DNA from: Escherichia coli
GTDB lineage: Bacteria; Pseudomonadota; Gammaproteobacteria; Enterobacterales; Enterobacteriaceae
Assembly (NCBI RefSeq): GCF_050920415.1
Contig: NZ_CP169309.1
Strand: one strand, 5' to 3'
DNA length: 64,000 nucleotides
Shown: positions 48,217 through 58,832 of the stretch, one piece after another
Numbering within the stretch: the first letter of the stretch is position 1
How the letters are laid out: each line of letters starts with the position of its first letter
Position numbers and translations under genes: made by a program
Notes under the pieces: model-generated
What the model saw: the letters and a program-made list of their open reading frames with translations, nothing else
Databases searched by the model: none
Told to the model about the DNA's origin: nothing

Positions 48217-49154
48217 TGAGCAGACGTGTTGCTACTATCACCCTTAATCCGGCTTATGACCTTGTTGGTTTCTGCCCGGAAATTGAACGCGGCGAAGTGA
48301 ACCTGGTGAAAACCACCGGTCTGCATGCGGCGGGTAAAGGCATCAACGTGGCCAAAGTATTAAAAGACCTGGGGATTGATGTCACCGTTGGCGGCTTCCT
48401 CGGTAAAGACAATCAGGATGGTTTTCAGCAACTGTTCAGCGAGCTGGGCATTGCCAACCGTTTCCAGGTTGTACAGGGGCGCACCCGAATTAACGTTAAG
48501 CTGACGGAAAAAGACGGCGAAGTGACCGACTTCAACTTCTCGGGTTTTGAAGTTACCCCCGCCGACTGGGAACGCTTTGTGACTGATTCTCTGAGCTGGC
48601 TCGGTCAGTTCGATATGGTCTGTGTCAGCGGAAGCTTACCGTCAGGCGTCAGCCCGGAAGCGTTCACCGACTGGATGACTCGCCTGCGTAGTCAGTGTCC
48701 TTGCATTATCTTTGATAGTAGCCGTGAAGCGTTAGTGGCAGGTTTGAAAGCGGCACCGTGGCTGGTGAAACCTAACCGCCGCGAGCTGGAAATCTGGGCG
48801 GGCCGTAAACTGCCTGAAATGAAAGATGTGATTGAAGCTGCGCATGCGCTGCGTGAACAAGGTATCGCGCATGTCGTTATTTCACTGGGTGCCGAAGGCG
48901 CGCTTTGGGTTAATGCCTCCGGCGAATGGATCGCCAAACCACCGTCAGTCGATGTCGTAAGCACCGTTGGCGCAGGGGATTCTATGGTTGGTGGCCTGAT
49001 TTATGGCTTGCTGATGCGTGAATCCAGTGAACACACACTGCGTCTGGCGACAGCTGTTGCAGCCCTGGCGGTAAGTCAAAGCAATGTGGGTATTACCGAT
49101 CGTCCGCAGTTGGCCGCAATGATGGCGCGCGTCGACTTACAACCTTTTAACTGA
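48216..49154 (+). CDS. fruK: FruK, 1-phosphofructokinase
   Basis: 312 aa of the PfkB family, with GAGDSMVGG near the C-terminus. Confidence 0.95.
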   Translation: MSRRVATITLNPAYDLVGFCPEIERGEVNLVKTTGLHAAGKGINVAKVLKDLGIDVTVGGFLGKDNQDGFQQLFSELGIANRFQVVQGRTRINVKLTEKDGEVTDFNFSGFEVTPADWERFVTDSLSWLGQFDMVCVSGSLPSGVSPEAFTDWMTRLRSQCPCIIFDSSREALVAGLKAAPWLVKPNRRELEIWAGRKLPEMKDVIEAAHALREQGIAHVVISLGAEGALWVNASGEWIAKPPSVDVVSTVGAGDSMVGGLIYGLLMRESSEHTLRLATAVAALAVSQSNVGITDRPQLAAMMARVDLQPFN

Positions 49155-49170
49155 CAGCAGGAGAGGCATA

Positions 49171-50862
49171 ATGAAAACGCTGCTGATTATTGACGCTAAT
49201 CTCGGTCAGGCACGCGCCTATATGGCGAAGACCCTGCTGGGCGCGGCGGCGCGAAAAGCAAAACTGGAAATCATCGACAATCCGAACGACGCTGAAATGG
49301 CGATTGTTCTCGGTGATTCCATCCCGAACGACAGCGCGCTGAACGGTAAAAATGTCTGGCTGGGCGATATTTCCCGGGCAGTTGCGCACCCTGAGCTGTT
49401 CCTGAGTGAAGCCAAAGGCCATGCGAAACCTTACACTGCACCGGTCGCTGCGACAGCACCAGTTGCCACCAGCGGTCCGAAACGCGTAGTTGCGGTGACA
49501 GCTTGCCCGACTGGCGTAGCACACACATTTATGGCGGCTGAAGCCATTGAAACCGAAGCGAAAAAACGTGGCTGGTGGGTGAAAGTTGAAACCCGTGGTT
49601 CTGTTGGCGCGGGTAATGCGATCACCCCTGAAGAAGTAGCCGCAGCGGATCTGGTGATTGTGGCGGCAGATATCGAAGTGGATCTGGCGAAATTTGCTGG
49701 TAAACCGATGTATCGCACCTCTACCGGTCTGGCGCTGAAGAAAACCGCGCAGGAACTGGATAAAGCGGTTGCTGAAGCAACGCCGTATGAACCGGCGGGC
49801 AAAGCTCAAACAGCGACCACTGAAGGTAAGAAAGAGGGTGCAGGCGCTTACCGTCACTTGCTGACGGGCGTCTCTTACATGCTGCCGATGGTCGTTGCAG
49901 GTGGTCTGTGTATCGCGCTTTCTTTTGCTTTTGGTATCGAAGCGTTTAAAGAGCCGGGTACGTTGGCAGCGGCGCTGATGCAGATTGGTGGTGGTTCAGC
50001 CTTTGCGCTGATGGTGCCGGTACTGGCAGGTTACATTGCCTTCTCCATTGCCGATCGTCCGGGTCTCACGCCGGGTCTGATTGGCGGTATGCTGGCGGTC
50101 AGCACCGGTTCTGGCTTCATTGGGGGTATTATTGCGGGCTTCCTGGCTGGTTACATTGCGAAGTTAATCAGTACGCAACTGAAACTGCCACAGAGTATGG
50201 AGGCGCTGAAACCGATCCTGATCATTCCGCTAATTTCCAGTCTGGTGGTCGGTCTGGCGATGATCTACCTGATCGGTAAACCGGTTGCTGGCATTCTCGA
50301 AGGGTTGACTCACTGGCTGCAGACCATGGGGACTGCGAATGCGGTTCTGCTGGGGGCGATCCTCGGTGGCATGATGTGTACTGACATGGGCGGTCCGGTA
50401 AATAAAGCAGCGTACGCATTCGGTGTGGGTCTGCTGAGTACTCAAACCTATGGTCCGATGGCGGCGATTATGGCGGCAGGTATGGTGCCACCGCTGGCAA
50501 TGGGTCTGGCAACAATGGTGGCGCGTCGCAAATTCGACAAAGCGCAGCAGGAAGGTGGCAAAGCCGCTCTGGTTCTTGGTCTGTGCTTTATTTCGGAAGG
50601 TGCAATTCCGTTTGCTGCTCGTGATCCGATGCGTGTGCTGCCGTGTTGTATCGTTGGTGGGGCGCTGACTGGCGCAATCTCAATGGCGATTGGTGCGAAA
50701 CTGATGGCACCGCACGGTGGTCTGTTTGTTCTGCTGATCCCTGGCGCTATTACGCCGGTACTGGGTTACCTGGTAGCAATTATTGCCGGTACGCTGGTGG
50801 CGGGTTTGGCCTATGCCTTCCTGAAACGTCCGGAAGTGGACGCAGTAGCGAAAGCAGCGTAA
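49171..50862 (+). CDS. fruA: FruA, fructose PTS EIIB'BC
   Basis: 563 aa with two IIB-like domains (VTACPTGVAHTFMAAE) and a membrane IIC domain. Confidence 0.95.
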   Translation: MKTLLIIDANLGQARAYMAKTLLGAAARKAKLEIIDNPNDAEMAIVLGDSIPNDSALNGKNVWLGDISRAVAHPELFLSEAKGHAKPYTAPVAATAPVATSGPKRVVAVTACPTGVAHTFMAAEAIETEAKKRGWWVKVETRGSVGAGNAITPEEVAAADLVIVAADIEVDLAKFAGKPMYRTSTGLALKKTAQELDKAVAEATPYEPAGKAQTATTEGKKEGAGAYRHLLTGVSYMLPMVVAGGLCIALSFAFGIEAFKEPGTLAAALMQIGGGSAFALMVPVLAGYIAFSIADRPGLTPGLIGGMLAVSTGSGFIGGIIAGFLAGYIAKLISTQLKLPQSMEALKPILIIPLISSLVVGLAMIYLIGKPVAGILEGLTHWLQTMGTANAVLLGAILGGMMCTDMGGPVNKAAYAFGVGLLSTQTYGPMAAIMAAGMVPPLAMGLATMVARRKFDKAQQEGGKAALVLGLCFISEGAIPFAARDPMRVLPCCIVGGALTGAISMAIGAKLMAPHGGLFVLLIPGAITPVLGYLVAIIAGTLVAGLAYAFLKRPEVDAVAKAA

Positions 50863-50872
50863 TAAAAGGTGT

Positions 50873-50908
50873 GTTACAGGGCAGAAATTTCCTGCCCTGT
50901 AACATTTG
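50873..50908 (+). terminator. fruBKA terminator
   Basis: GTTACAGGGCAG-(7 nt)-CTGCCCTGTAAC followed by ATTTG. Confidence 0.75.
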
Positions 50909-51284
50909 ATGAGCGCAAAGGGAATGACCAGTTTGTGAATGTAATTTTATGAATTTAAATGGTTTTATCTTTCAGTAGAAACCTGAAATGTTCATCAAAC
51001 ACTAAGGTTATTTCCTCAAGGGCAGATTATTTCTGCCCTTTTTTAGTGTTCCTGTTCTGTGCATCCCGTCACAAATTCCTCACTTTTGTAATTCAGGCAT
51101 TTAATCGCATTTTGTGAGCCTGCTCAAATCTGCCCATTTTGCCTCTCTGGCGGCAATTTACTTTACGTAAAACATGCATACTATGAGCACATGTTTAAAT
51201 ATGAACACATGTTTAAACCGTCTTTGCAGTATCTATATTCTTGTGGATTGACAGGGTTGGTAATTTTTTACCAGAGGACGTGCT

Positions 51285-52226
51285 ATGCGCGAAAAGGATT
51301 ATGTCGTAATTATAGGCTCGGCGAATATTGATGTCGCCGGATATTCACATGAATCATTAAATTATGCGGATTCAAATCCAGGTAAAATAAAATTTACGCC
51401 TGGTGGGGTAGGGCGCAATATTGCACAAAACCTGGCGTTGCTGGGTAATAAAGCCTGGCTACTGAGCGCCGTAGGCAGTGATTTTTATGGTCAATCGCTG
51501 CTAACGCAAACTAATCAATCTGGCGTTTATGTCGATAAATGCCTGATTGTGCCGGGAGAAAATACGTCGAGCTATTTATCATTACTCGATAATACCGGTG
51601 AAATGCTGGTTGCTATAAATGACATGAATATTAGCAACGCTATTACAGCTGAATATCTCGCACAGCACCGTGAATTTATTCAGAGGGCAAAGGTCATTGT
51701 CGCGGACTGTAATATCAGTGAAGAGGCACTGGCATGGATTCTGGATAATGCCGCCAACGTACCCGTATTTGTCGATCCTGTTTCTGCGTGGAAATGTGTC
51801 AAAGTGCGCGACCGTCTAAATCTGATCCACACTCTCAAGCCAAACCGCCTTGAAGCGGAAACCCTGAGTGGGATTGCGTTGTCAGGGCGTGAAGATGTGG
51901 AAAAGGTTGCCGCCTGGTTCCATCAACATGGCCTGAACCGACTGGTATTGAGCATGGGCGGCGACGGCGTTTATTACAGTGATATTAGCGGTGAAAGTGG
52001 TTGGTCTGCGCCGATTAAAACCAATGTCATTAATGTTACCGGAGCGGGCGATGCCATGATGGCGGGACTTGCTTCGTGTTGGGTAGACGGAATGCCGTTT
52101 GCCGAATCTGTTCGTTTCGCACAGGGATGTTCGTCAATGGCGCTCTCCTGTGAATACACCAATAACCCCGATTTATCGATTGCCAACGTTATATCGTTAG
52201 TGGAGAACGCAGAATGTCTGAATTAA
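51285..52226 (+). CDS. psuK: PsuK (YeiC), pseudouridine kinase
   Basis: 313 aa of the PfkB family. Sequence recognised. Confidence 0.93.
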   Translation: MREKDYVVIIGSANIDVAGYSHESLNYADSNPGKIKFTPGGVGRNIAQNLALLGNKAWLLSAVGSDFYGQSLLTQTNQSGVYVDKCLIVPGENTSSYLSLLDNTGEMLVAINDMNISNAITAEYLAQHREFIQRAKVIVADCNISEEALAWILDNAANVPVFVDPVSAWKCVKVRDRLNLIHTLKPNRLEAETLSGIALSGREDVEKVAAWFHQHGLNRLVLSMGGDGVYYSDISGESGWSAPIKTNVINVTGAGDAMMAGLASCWVDGMPFAESVRFAQGCSSMALSCEYTNNPDLSIANVISLVENAECLN

Positions 52227-53152
52227 AAATTTCCCCTGAATTATTACAAATTTCCCCGGAAGTGCAGGACGCTTTAAAAAACAAAAAACCGGTTGTGGCA
52301 CTGGAATCGACCATTATTTCTCACGGGATGCCGTTCCCGCAAAATGCTGAGACGGCAATTGAAGTAGAAGACACAATTCGTAAGCACGGTGCTGTACCTG
52401 CAACAATCGCCATTATTGGTGGTGTCATGAAAGTAGGTTTGAGCAAAGAAGAAATTGAATTGTTAGGCCGTGAAGGACATAACGTGACGAAAGTCAGTCG
52501 CCGTGATTTACCTTTTGTCGTTGCCACAGGAAAAAATGGCGCGACCACCGTTGCTTCAACGATGATTATCGCGGCACTGGCAGGAATTAAAGTATTTGCA
52601 ACGGGGGGTATTGGTGGTGTACATCGCGGTGCGGAACATACATTCGATATTTCTGCCGATTTACAGGAACTGGCAAATACTAATGTCACCGTTGTTTGTG
52701 CCGGTGCAAAATCTATTCTCGATTTAGGATTAACAACAGAATATTTAGAAACCTTCGGTGTACCGTTAATTGGCTATCAGACAAAAGCGCTGCCTGCGTT
52801 TTTCTGCCGTACCAGCCCATTTGAAGTCAGTATTCGCCTTGATAGTGCCACGGAAATCGCTCGTGCAATGGCAGTGAAATGGCAAACCGGTTTGAACGGC
52901 GGCCTGGTAGTGGCGAATCCGATCCCGGAGCAGTTTGCGATGCCGGAGGAATCTATCAATGCAGCCATAGATCAAGCTGTCGCCGAAGCCGAAGAGCAGG
53001 GCGTTATTGGTAAAGAAAGTACACCGTTCCTGCTGGCTCGTGTTGCTGAACTGACCGGTGGTGACAGCCTGAAATCCAACATCCAACTGGTGTTCAACAA
53101 CGCCATTCTGGCGAGCGAAATTGCCAAAGAATACCAGCGTCTCGCGGGTTAA
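52214..53152 (+). CDS. psuG: PsuG (YeiN), pseudouridine-5'-phosphate glycosidase
   Basis: 312 aa. Overlaps psuK by 13 nt. Sequence recognised. Confidence 0.93.
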   Translation: MSELKISPELLQISPEVQDALKNKKPVVALESTIISHGMPFPQNAETAIEVEDTIRKHGAVPATIAIIGGVMKVGLSKEEIELLGREGHNVTKVSRRDLPFVVATGKNGATTVASTMIIAALAGIKVFATGGIGGVHRGAEHTFDISADLQELANTNVTVVCAGAKSILDLGLTTEYLETFGVPLIGYQTKALPAFFCRTSPFEVSIRLDSATEIARAMAVKWQTGLNGGLVVANPIPEQFAMPEESINAAIDQAVAEAEEQGVIGKESTPFLLARVAELTGGDSLKSNIQLVFNNAILASEIAKEYQRLAG

Positions 53153-53245
53153 TTTCTGACGGGCAGAAAGCCGTCGCCCGTACTGATCATACATACCAAA
53201 ACCTGGCGCTAGCGCCGGGTTTACTGGCATGAAAGGAAAATCATT

Positions 53246-54496
53246 ATGGATATAATGAGAAGTTTGGTGGGTATGGTGGTATTGCTGGCAATTGCATTCT
53301 TATTGTCAGTGAATAAAAAAGGTATCAGCATACGCACGGTCGGGGCTGCATTGCTGCTGCAAATCGCTATTGGTGGCATTATGCTCTACTTCCCACCGGG
53401 AAAATGGGCAGTAGAGCAGGCGGCATTAGGCGTGCATAAAGTGATGTCTTACAGTGATGCCGGTAGCGCCTTCATTTTTGGTTCGCTGGTTGGGCCGAAA
53501 ATGGATGTCCTGTTTGATGGCGCGGGCTTTATCTTCGCCTTTCGCGTACTTCCGGCAATTATTTTCGTCACAGCGCTCATCAGCCTGCTGTACTACATTG
53601 GCGTGATGGGGCTGCTAATCCGCATTCTTGGCAGTATTTTTCAGAAAGCCCTCAACATCAGCAAAATCGAATCTTTTGTTGCGGTTACCACTATTTTCCT
53701 CGGGCAAAATGAGATCCCGGCGATCGTTAAACCGTTTATCGATCGCATGAATCGCAACGAGCTATTTACGGCAATTTGTAGCGGGATGGCGTCCATTGCC
53801 GGTTCGATGATGATTGGTTATGCCGGAATGGGCGTACCAATTGACTACCTGTTAGCGGCATCGCTGATGGCGATCCCTGGTGGTATTTTGTTTGCACGTA
53901 TTCTTAGCCCAGCCACCGAGCCTTCGCAGGTGACATTTGAAAATCTGTCGTTCAGCGAAACGCCGCCAAAAAGTTTTATCGAAGCGGCGGCGAGCGGTGC
54001 GATGACCGGGTTGAAAATCGCCGCTGGTGTGGCGACGGTGGTAATGGCGTTTGTGGCAATTATTGCGCTGATCAACGGCATTATCGGCGGAATTGGTGGC
54101 TGGTTTGGTTTTTCCAATGCCTCTCTGGAAAGTATTTTTGGCTATGTGCTGGCACCGCTGGCGTGGATCATGGGCGTGGACTGGAGTGATGCCAACCTTG
54201 CGGGTAGTCTGATTGGGCAGAAACTGGCGATTAACGAATTCGTCGCTTACCTGAGTTTCTCCCCATACCTGCAAACGGGCGGCACGCTGGAAGTGAAAAC
54301 CATTGCGATTATCTCCTTTGCGCTTTGTGGTTTTGCTAACTTTGGTTCTATCGGTGTAGTCGTTGGGGCGTTTTCGGCTATTTCGCCAAAACGCGCGCCG
54401 GAAATCGCCCAGCTTGGGTTACGGGCGCTGGCAGCAGCAACGCTTTCCAACCTGATGAGCGCGACCATTGCCGGGTTCTTTATTGGTTTAGCTTGA
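53246..54496 (+). CDS. psuT: PsuT (YeiM), NupC-family nucleoside transporter
   Basis: 416 aa of the CNT family. Close paralogue of nupX in this window. Confidence 0.93.
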   Translation: MDIMRSLVGMVVLLAIAFLLSVNKKGISIRTVGAALLLQIAIGGIMLYFPPGKWAVEQAALGVHKVMSYSDAGSAFIFGSLVGPKMDVLFDGAGFIFAFRVLPAIIFVTALISLLYYIGVMGLLIRILGSIFQKALNISKIESFVAVTTIFLGQNEIPAIVKPFIDRMNRNELFTAICSGMASIAGSMMIGYAGMGVPIDYLLAASLMAIPGGILFARILSPATEPSQVTFENLSFSETPPKSFIEAAASGAMTGLKIAAGVATVVMAFVAIIALINGIIGGIGGWFGFSNASLESIFGYVLAPLAWIMGVDWSDANLAGSLIGQKLAINEFVAYLSFSPYLQTGGTLEVKTIAIISFALCGFANFGSIGVVVGAFSAISPKRAPEIAQLGLRALAAATLSNLMSATIAGFFIGLA

Positions 54497-54504
54497 GTTT
54501 CATT

Positions 54505-54539
54505 GCCGGATGTACGCGCTTATTAAGCGTTGCATCCGG
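54505..54539. repeat. REP-like palindromic unit
   Basis: GCCGGATGTACGCGCTTATTAAGCGTTGCATCCGG. Confidence 0.7.
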
Positions 54540-54566
54540 TAATCACGTACTATTCCAGATTATTTT

Positions 54567-55226
54567 TTACTGCATCATCCCGGAGAATTTATTCTCCGGG
54601 TCCATCTCCAGCGCCAGCCCTAACAACTGCTTTCTGTTTTTAATCAGATACCCTTTCTTGCTTTTAATTAATAAACCGTCATGAATGAATTGCGCGAGAA
54701 CATATAAAAGATGTCGATAAGAAACGCCCAAATACTCTGCCGCTTGCGTATGCTTTTCGTGATAAAGATCACCTTCCTGCGAGAGTAATATAAAAGCTGC
54801 CAGGCGATTCACTAACGGAAATGATTGATTCTGAGTTAAAGAAACAATATTACGATAATTTTTATGACTTAAGGTGACGCAGAGTTTTCGTAAAAATAGC
54901 GTGTCGTTTAATAACAGCGGACGGTAATGTTTCATGGGGAGTGCAAGGCACCAACACTCTTCAATCGCCTGTACCGCTCGTGGTTCATGATCTTTATCGA
55001 TTAACTCAATCTCGCCAATAAAACAGGGTGCAGCAAAGAAATCAATCAGCGACACGCGACCATTAGCAAGCGTGGCGTAAAGCCTGGCGCGGCCTCGCGT
55101 CAGGTAAAACAGCCATGACGGCTGTTGCCCTTCCTGCACAATGTAGTCACGCGCTAAAAAATGAAACAGCCGTGTATCGGCTGAAACATCCGTTGAAAAG
55201 CAATCCTTATACGCGGACTCACTCAT
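54567..55226 (-). CDS. yeiL: YeiL, CRP/FNR-family regulator
   Basis: 219 aa from [10 protein letters not shown]... (the K-12 length). An in-frame upstream ATG at 55265 would give 232 aa. Contains a cNMP-like domain and a C-terminal HTH. Confidence 0.88.
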   Translation of the reverse strand: MSESAYKDCFSTDVSADTRLFHFLARDYIVQEGQQPSWLFYLTRGRARLYATLANGRVSLIDFFAAPCFIGEIELIDKDHEPRAVQAIEECWCLALPMKHYRPLLLNDTLFLRKLCVTLSHKNYRNIVSLTQNQSFPLVNRLAAFILLSQEGDLYHEKHTQAAEYLGVSYRHLLYVLAQFIHDGLLIKSKKGYLIKNRKQLLGLALEMDPENKFSGMMQ

Positions 55227-55394
55227 CAATTGCTGCTTAAGATCATTATTGTGGATTTCTTTCACGATGTTTATCCGCTATGAGATTTCTCATATTTAGC
55301 ATACGTACGCTGTTGTTAAGATTCAATCATCGGCCCGGTCGAATTTTCTTTGCTGTAGAAAAAATAACGCAACTGGAAACAGAGGAAATAAACA

Positions 55395-56336
55395 ATGGAA
55401 AAGAGAAAAATTATTCTGGATTGTGATCCGGGTCATGATGATGCTATTGCCATAATGATGGCCGCGAAACATCCGGCGATTGATTTATTAGGTATCACTA
55501 TTGTGGCGGGGAATCAAACCCTCGATAAAACATTAATTAATGGTCTGAATGTTTGCCAGAAACTGGAGATTAACGTTCCGGTTTATGCGGGGATGCCGCA
55601 ACCCATTATGCGTCAACAAATCGTTGCTGATAATATTCACGGTGAAACCGGACTGGATGGCCCGGTATTCGAACCGCTGACCCGTCAGGCAGAAAACACC
55701 CATGCGGTGAAATATATCATCGATACCCTGATGGCAAGCGATGGCGATATCACTCTGGTGCCGGTTGGTCCGCTTTCAAATATCGCGGTGGCAATGCGTA
55801 TGCAGCCCGCAATCCTGCCGAAAATCCGTGAAATTGTGCTAATGGGCGGCGCTTACGGTACTGGCAACTTCACCCCATCTGCCGAGTTCAACATCTTTGC
55901 TGACCCGGAAGCGGCGCGAGTGGTGTTCACCTCCGGCGTTCCATTAGTGATGATGGGCCTCGATCTCACCAACCAGACCGTTTGCACTCCGGACGTGATT
56001 GCTCGGATGGAAAGGGCAGGCGGCCCTGCCGGAGAGTTGTTCAGCGACATCATGAACTTCACTCTGAAAACCCAGTTCGAAAACTACGGTCTGGCTGGCG
56101 GCCCGGTACATGACGCCACCTGTATCGGTTATCTGATTAACCCTGATGGCATTAAAACCCAGGAGATGTACGTCGACGTGGACGTTAACAGTGGCCCTTG
56201 TTACGGGCGTACCGTCTGCGACGAGCTGGGCGTTCTTGGCAAGCCCGCCAATACCAAAGTCGGCATCACTATTGATACCGACTGGTTCTGGGGATTAGTC
56301 GAAGAGTGCGTGCGCGGCTACATCAAAACCCATTAA
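55395..56336 (+). CDS. rihB: RihB (YeiK), pyrimidine-specific ribonucleoside hydrolase
   Basis: 313 aa with the DCDPGHDDA nucleoside hydrolase signature. Confidence 0.95.
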   Translation: MEKRKIILDCDPGHDDAIAIMMAAKHPAIDLLGITIVAGNQTLDKTLINGLNVCQKLEINVPVYAGMPQPIMRQQIVADNIHGETGLDGPVFEPLTRQAENTHAVKYIIDTLMASDGDITLVPVGPLSNIAVAMRMQPAILPKIREIVLMGGAYGTGNFTPSAEFNIFADPEAARVVFTSGVPLVMMGLDLTNQTVCTPDVIARMERAGGPAGELFSDIMNFTLKTQFENYGLAGGPVHDATCIGYLINPDGIKTQEMYVDVDVNSGPCYGRTVCDELGVLGKPANTKVGITIDTDWFWGLVEECVRGYIKTH

Positions 56337-56435
56337 GTGTTGATAACAAGCCGGGACAGTATCGCAAGATGCAGGCCCGGCTATTTCTGATGGGCAGAAA
56401 GACGTCGCCCAAAATGACATGAAGAGATAATAACT

Positions 56436-57686
56436 ATGGATGTCATGAGAAGTGTTCTGGGAATGGTGGTATTGCTGGCAATTGCGTTTTTGCTGTCAGT
56501 AAACAAGAAGAAGATCAGCCTGCGTACCGTTGGCGCGGCGTTAGTGTTACAGCTCGTGATTGGCGGCATTATGCTTTGGTTACCACCAGGGCGTTGGGTC
56601 GCAGAAAAAGTCGCTTTTGGCGTCCATAAAGTGATGGCGTACAGCGATGCAGGTAGCGCTTTTATCTTCGGTTCTCTGGTCGGACCGAAAATGGACACCT
56701 TATTTGATGGCGCAGGATTTATCTTTGGTTTCAGGGTATTACCGGCAATTATCTTCGTCACTGCACTGGTGAGTATTCTCTACTACATCGGTGTAATGGG
56801 GATCTTAATTCGCATTCTCGGCGGTATCTTCCAGAAAGCGTTAAATATCAGCAAGATTGAGTCATTCGTCGCGGTCACTACCATTTTCCTCGGGCAAAAC
56901 GAAATTCCGGCAATCGTCAAACCCTTTATCGATCGTCTGAATCGCAATGAATTATTTACAGCGATTTGTAGCGGGATGGCCTCGATTGCTGGTTCGACAA
57001 TGATTGGTTACGCCGCACTGGGCGTGCCTGTGGAATATCTGCTGGCGGCATCGTTAATGGCGATCCCTGGCGGGATCTTGTTTGCCCGCATGTTAAGTCC
57101 GGCTACGGAATCTTCGCAGGTTTCCTTTAATAACCTCTCTTTCACCGAAACACCGCCAAAAAGCATTATTGAAGCCGCTGCTACAGGGGCAATGACCGGG
57201 CTGAAAATCGCTGCGGGTGTGGCGACAGTGGTGATGGCATTTGTCGCCATCATTGCGTTGATCAACGGTGTTATCGGCGGCGTTGGTGGCTGGTTTGGTT
57301 TTGAACATGCCTCGCTGGAGTCCATTTTAGGTTACCTGCTGGCCCCGCTGGCGTGGGTGATGGGTGTTGACTGGAGTGATGCGAATCTTGCCGGAAGTTT
57401 GATTGGACAGAAACTGGCGATTAATGAATTTGTCGCTTACCTCAATTTCTCACCTTATCTGCAAACAGCTGGCACTCTGGATGCTAAAACCGTGGCGATT
57501 ATTTCCTTCGCGTTGTGCGGTTTCGCTAACTTTGGTTCTATCGGGGTGGTGGTTGGCGCATTTTCTGCGGTTGCGCCACACCGTGCGCCGGAAATCGCCC
57601 AGCTTGGTTTACGCGCGCTGGCGGCGGCGACACTTTCTAATCTGATGAGTGCCACCATTGCAGGATTCTTTATTGGCTTAGCGTAG
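56436..57686 (+). CDS. nupX: NupX (YeiJ), NupC-family nucleoside transporter
   Basis: 416 aa, colinear with PsuT along its whole length. Confidence 0.93.
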   Translation: MDVMRSVLGMVVLLAIAFLLSVNKKKISLRTVGAALVLQLVIGGIMLWLPPGRWVAEKVAFGVHKVMAYSDAGSAFIFGSLVGPKMDTLFDGAGFIFGFRVLPAIIFVTALVSILYYIGVMGILIRILGGIFQKALNISKIESFVAVTTIFLGQNEIPAIVKPFIDRLNRNELFTAICSGMASIAGSTMIGYAALGVPVEYLLAASLMAIPGGILFARMLSPATESSQVSFNNLSFTETPPKSIIEAAATGAMTGLKIAAGVATVVMAFVAIIALINGVIGGVGGWFGFEHASLESILGYLLAPLAWVMGVDWSDANLAGSLIGQKLAINEFVAYLNFSPYLQTAGTLDAKTVAIISFALCGFANFGSIGVVVGAFSAVAPHRAPEIAQLGLRALAAATLSNLMSATIAGFFIGLA

Positions 57687-57700
57687 TGCGCGAGTTATGA

Positions 57701-57734
57701 GCCGGATAAGACGCGGTCAAGCGTCGAATCCGGC
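57701..57734. repeat. REP unit
   Basis: GCCGGATAAGACGCGGTCAAGCGTCGAATCCGGC. Confidence 0.8.
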
Positions 57735-57741
57735 AAGATTG

Positions 57742-58830
57742 TTACACCATCGGCACTAATGAAAGCGCGTTATCGGCAGACAGGGTAGGGTTGTTTAAGC
57801 TGCCGCTGGCGCGTGAAATTGCCGCGCAGGCCATCGCAAAACGGGCACTATCACGGAAACTGCTTCCTTCCAGAAAGCTATACACCAGGCCCGCCATAAA
57901 ACCATCGTCAGCACCAAAACTGTCTACCGTCGTATGCGCTGGCGCAGTCAGCAAAAATTGTTCGCCATCCTTTTGGCTGCAATAAACAGACTCATCGGGC
58001 AAATAAACAAACAGTTGCTGAACGCCTTGCTGATGCAACGCATTCACTGCGGCATTACGATCAGCATCGCGGGTTATCGGCTGGCCCCATAAAATTTCCA
58101 GCTCCGGCAAAGTGGGTTTCAGAGTGTGAATATGCGCCAGCCAGTGTTTGATTTTGCCCGCTTTGAATTCTGAAACGGTATCGACAAACACCGGGATTTC
58201 ATCAGCGAGGGTAAAGACCCACTCCAGCGCCTCGGCTGTCAGGTTGCAATCAGCCAGTACCACGCCCGCATGACGAAGTAAATCGCGCGACCCGTTCAGT
58301 AGTTGCGGTGTCAACTGATCCAGCAGATGGGTATCGTTAATCGCCAGCACGGTTTGATCGTCTCGATTGGCAATTGCCAGATACGTCGATGTGCTTTGAC
58401 CATGTAAACGAACGCAGCCGGAGACATTCACGCCGGCGCGGCGCGTTTCTTCCAGGAGCATTTCGCCATAAAAGTCATCGCCAATCACTGAAAGCAAATG
58501 GACGTCGCGGCCTAACAGCGCCAGATTGTGGGCGATATTGCGTCCAACGCCGCCTGCCGAGCAATGAATTGTACCGGGATGAGAAGCCGCTTGCGGGTAA
58601 CGGATATCCGCCATCCCGCGAATATCCATATTGATTGTCCCCACCACTACGCAGTATTCCTGCTCGGTGAGAATGTAACCTTTGCCTTTAATCCGACCTT
58701 TGCGCATTAAATCCATAATATGCGCTGCAACACGCGAACGGCTGATTTGCAGCATATCCGCAATTTCGTTCTGCTGAATCAGCGGGTTACGCCTTAATAT
58801 TGCAAGGATCTCCTTCTCCCGGTTATTCAT
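57742..58830 (-). CDS. yeiI: YeiI, HTH-fused PfkB-family sugar/nucleoside kinase
   Basis: 362 aa with an N-terminal winged HTH (NNREKEILAILRRNPLIQQNEIADML) and a PfkB kinase domain. Confidence 0.92.
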   Translation of the reverse strand: MNNREKEILAILRRNPLIQQNEIADMLQISRSRVAAHIMDLMRKGRIKGKGYILTEQEYCVVVGTINMDIRGMADIRYPQAASHPGTIHCSAGGVGRNIAHNLALLGRDVHLLSVIGDDFYGEMLLEETRRAGVNVSGCVRLHGQSTSTYLAIANRDDQTVLAINDTHLLDQLTPQLLNGSRDLLRHAGVVLADCNLTAEALEWVFTLADEIPVFVDTVSEFKAGKIKHWLAHIHTLKPTLPELEILWGQPITRDADRNAAVNALHQQGVQQLFVYLPDESVYCSQKDGEQFLLTAPAHTTVDSFGADDGFMAGLVYSFLEGSSFRDSARFAMACAAISRASGSLNNPTLSADNALSLVPMV

Positions 58831-58832
58831 CT

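Noticed and set aside
49147-49857. 236-aa minus-strand ORF, together with many other long antisense ORFs (for example 5470-6219, 802-1344, 44763-45398 and 59971-60573).
   Set aside because: Each lies opposite a confidently identified core gene (fruA, ccmF, napH/napB, yeiP, yeiH). They have Arg/Cys-rich shadow-ORF composition.
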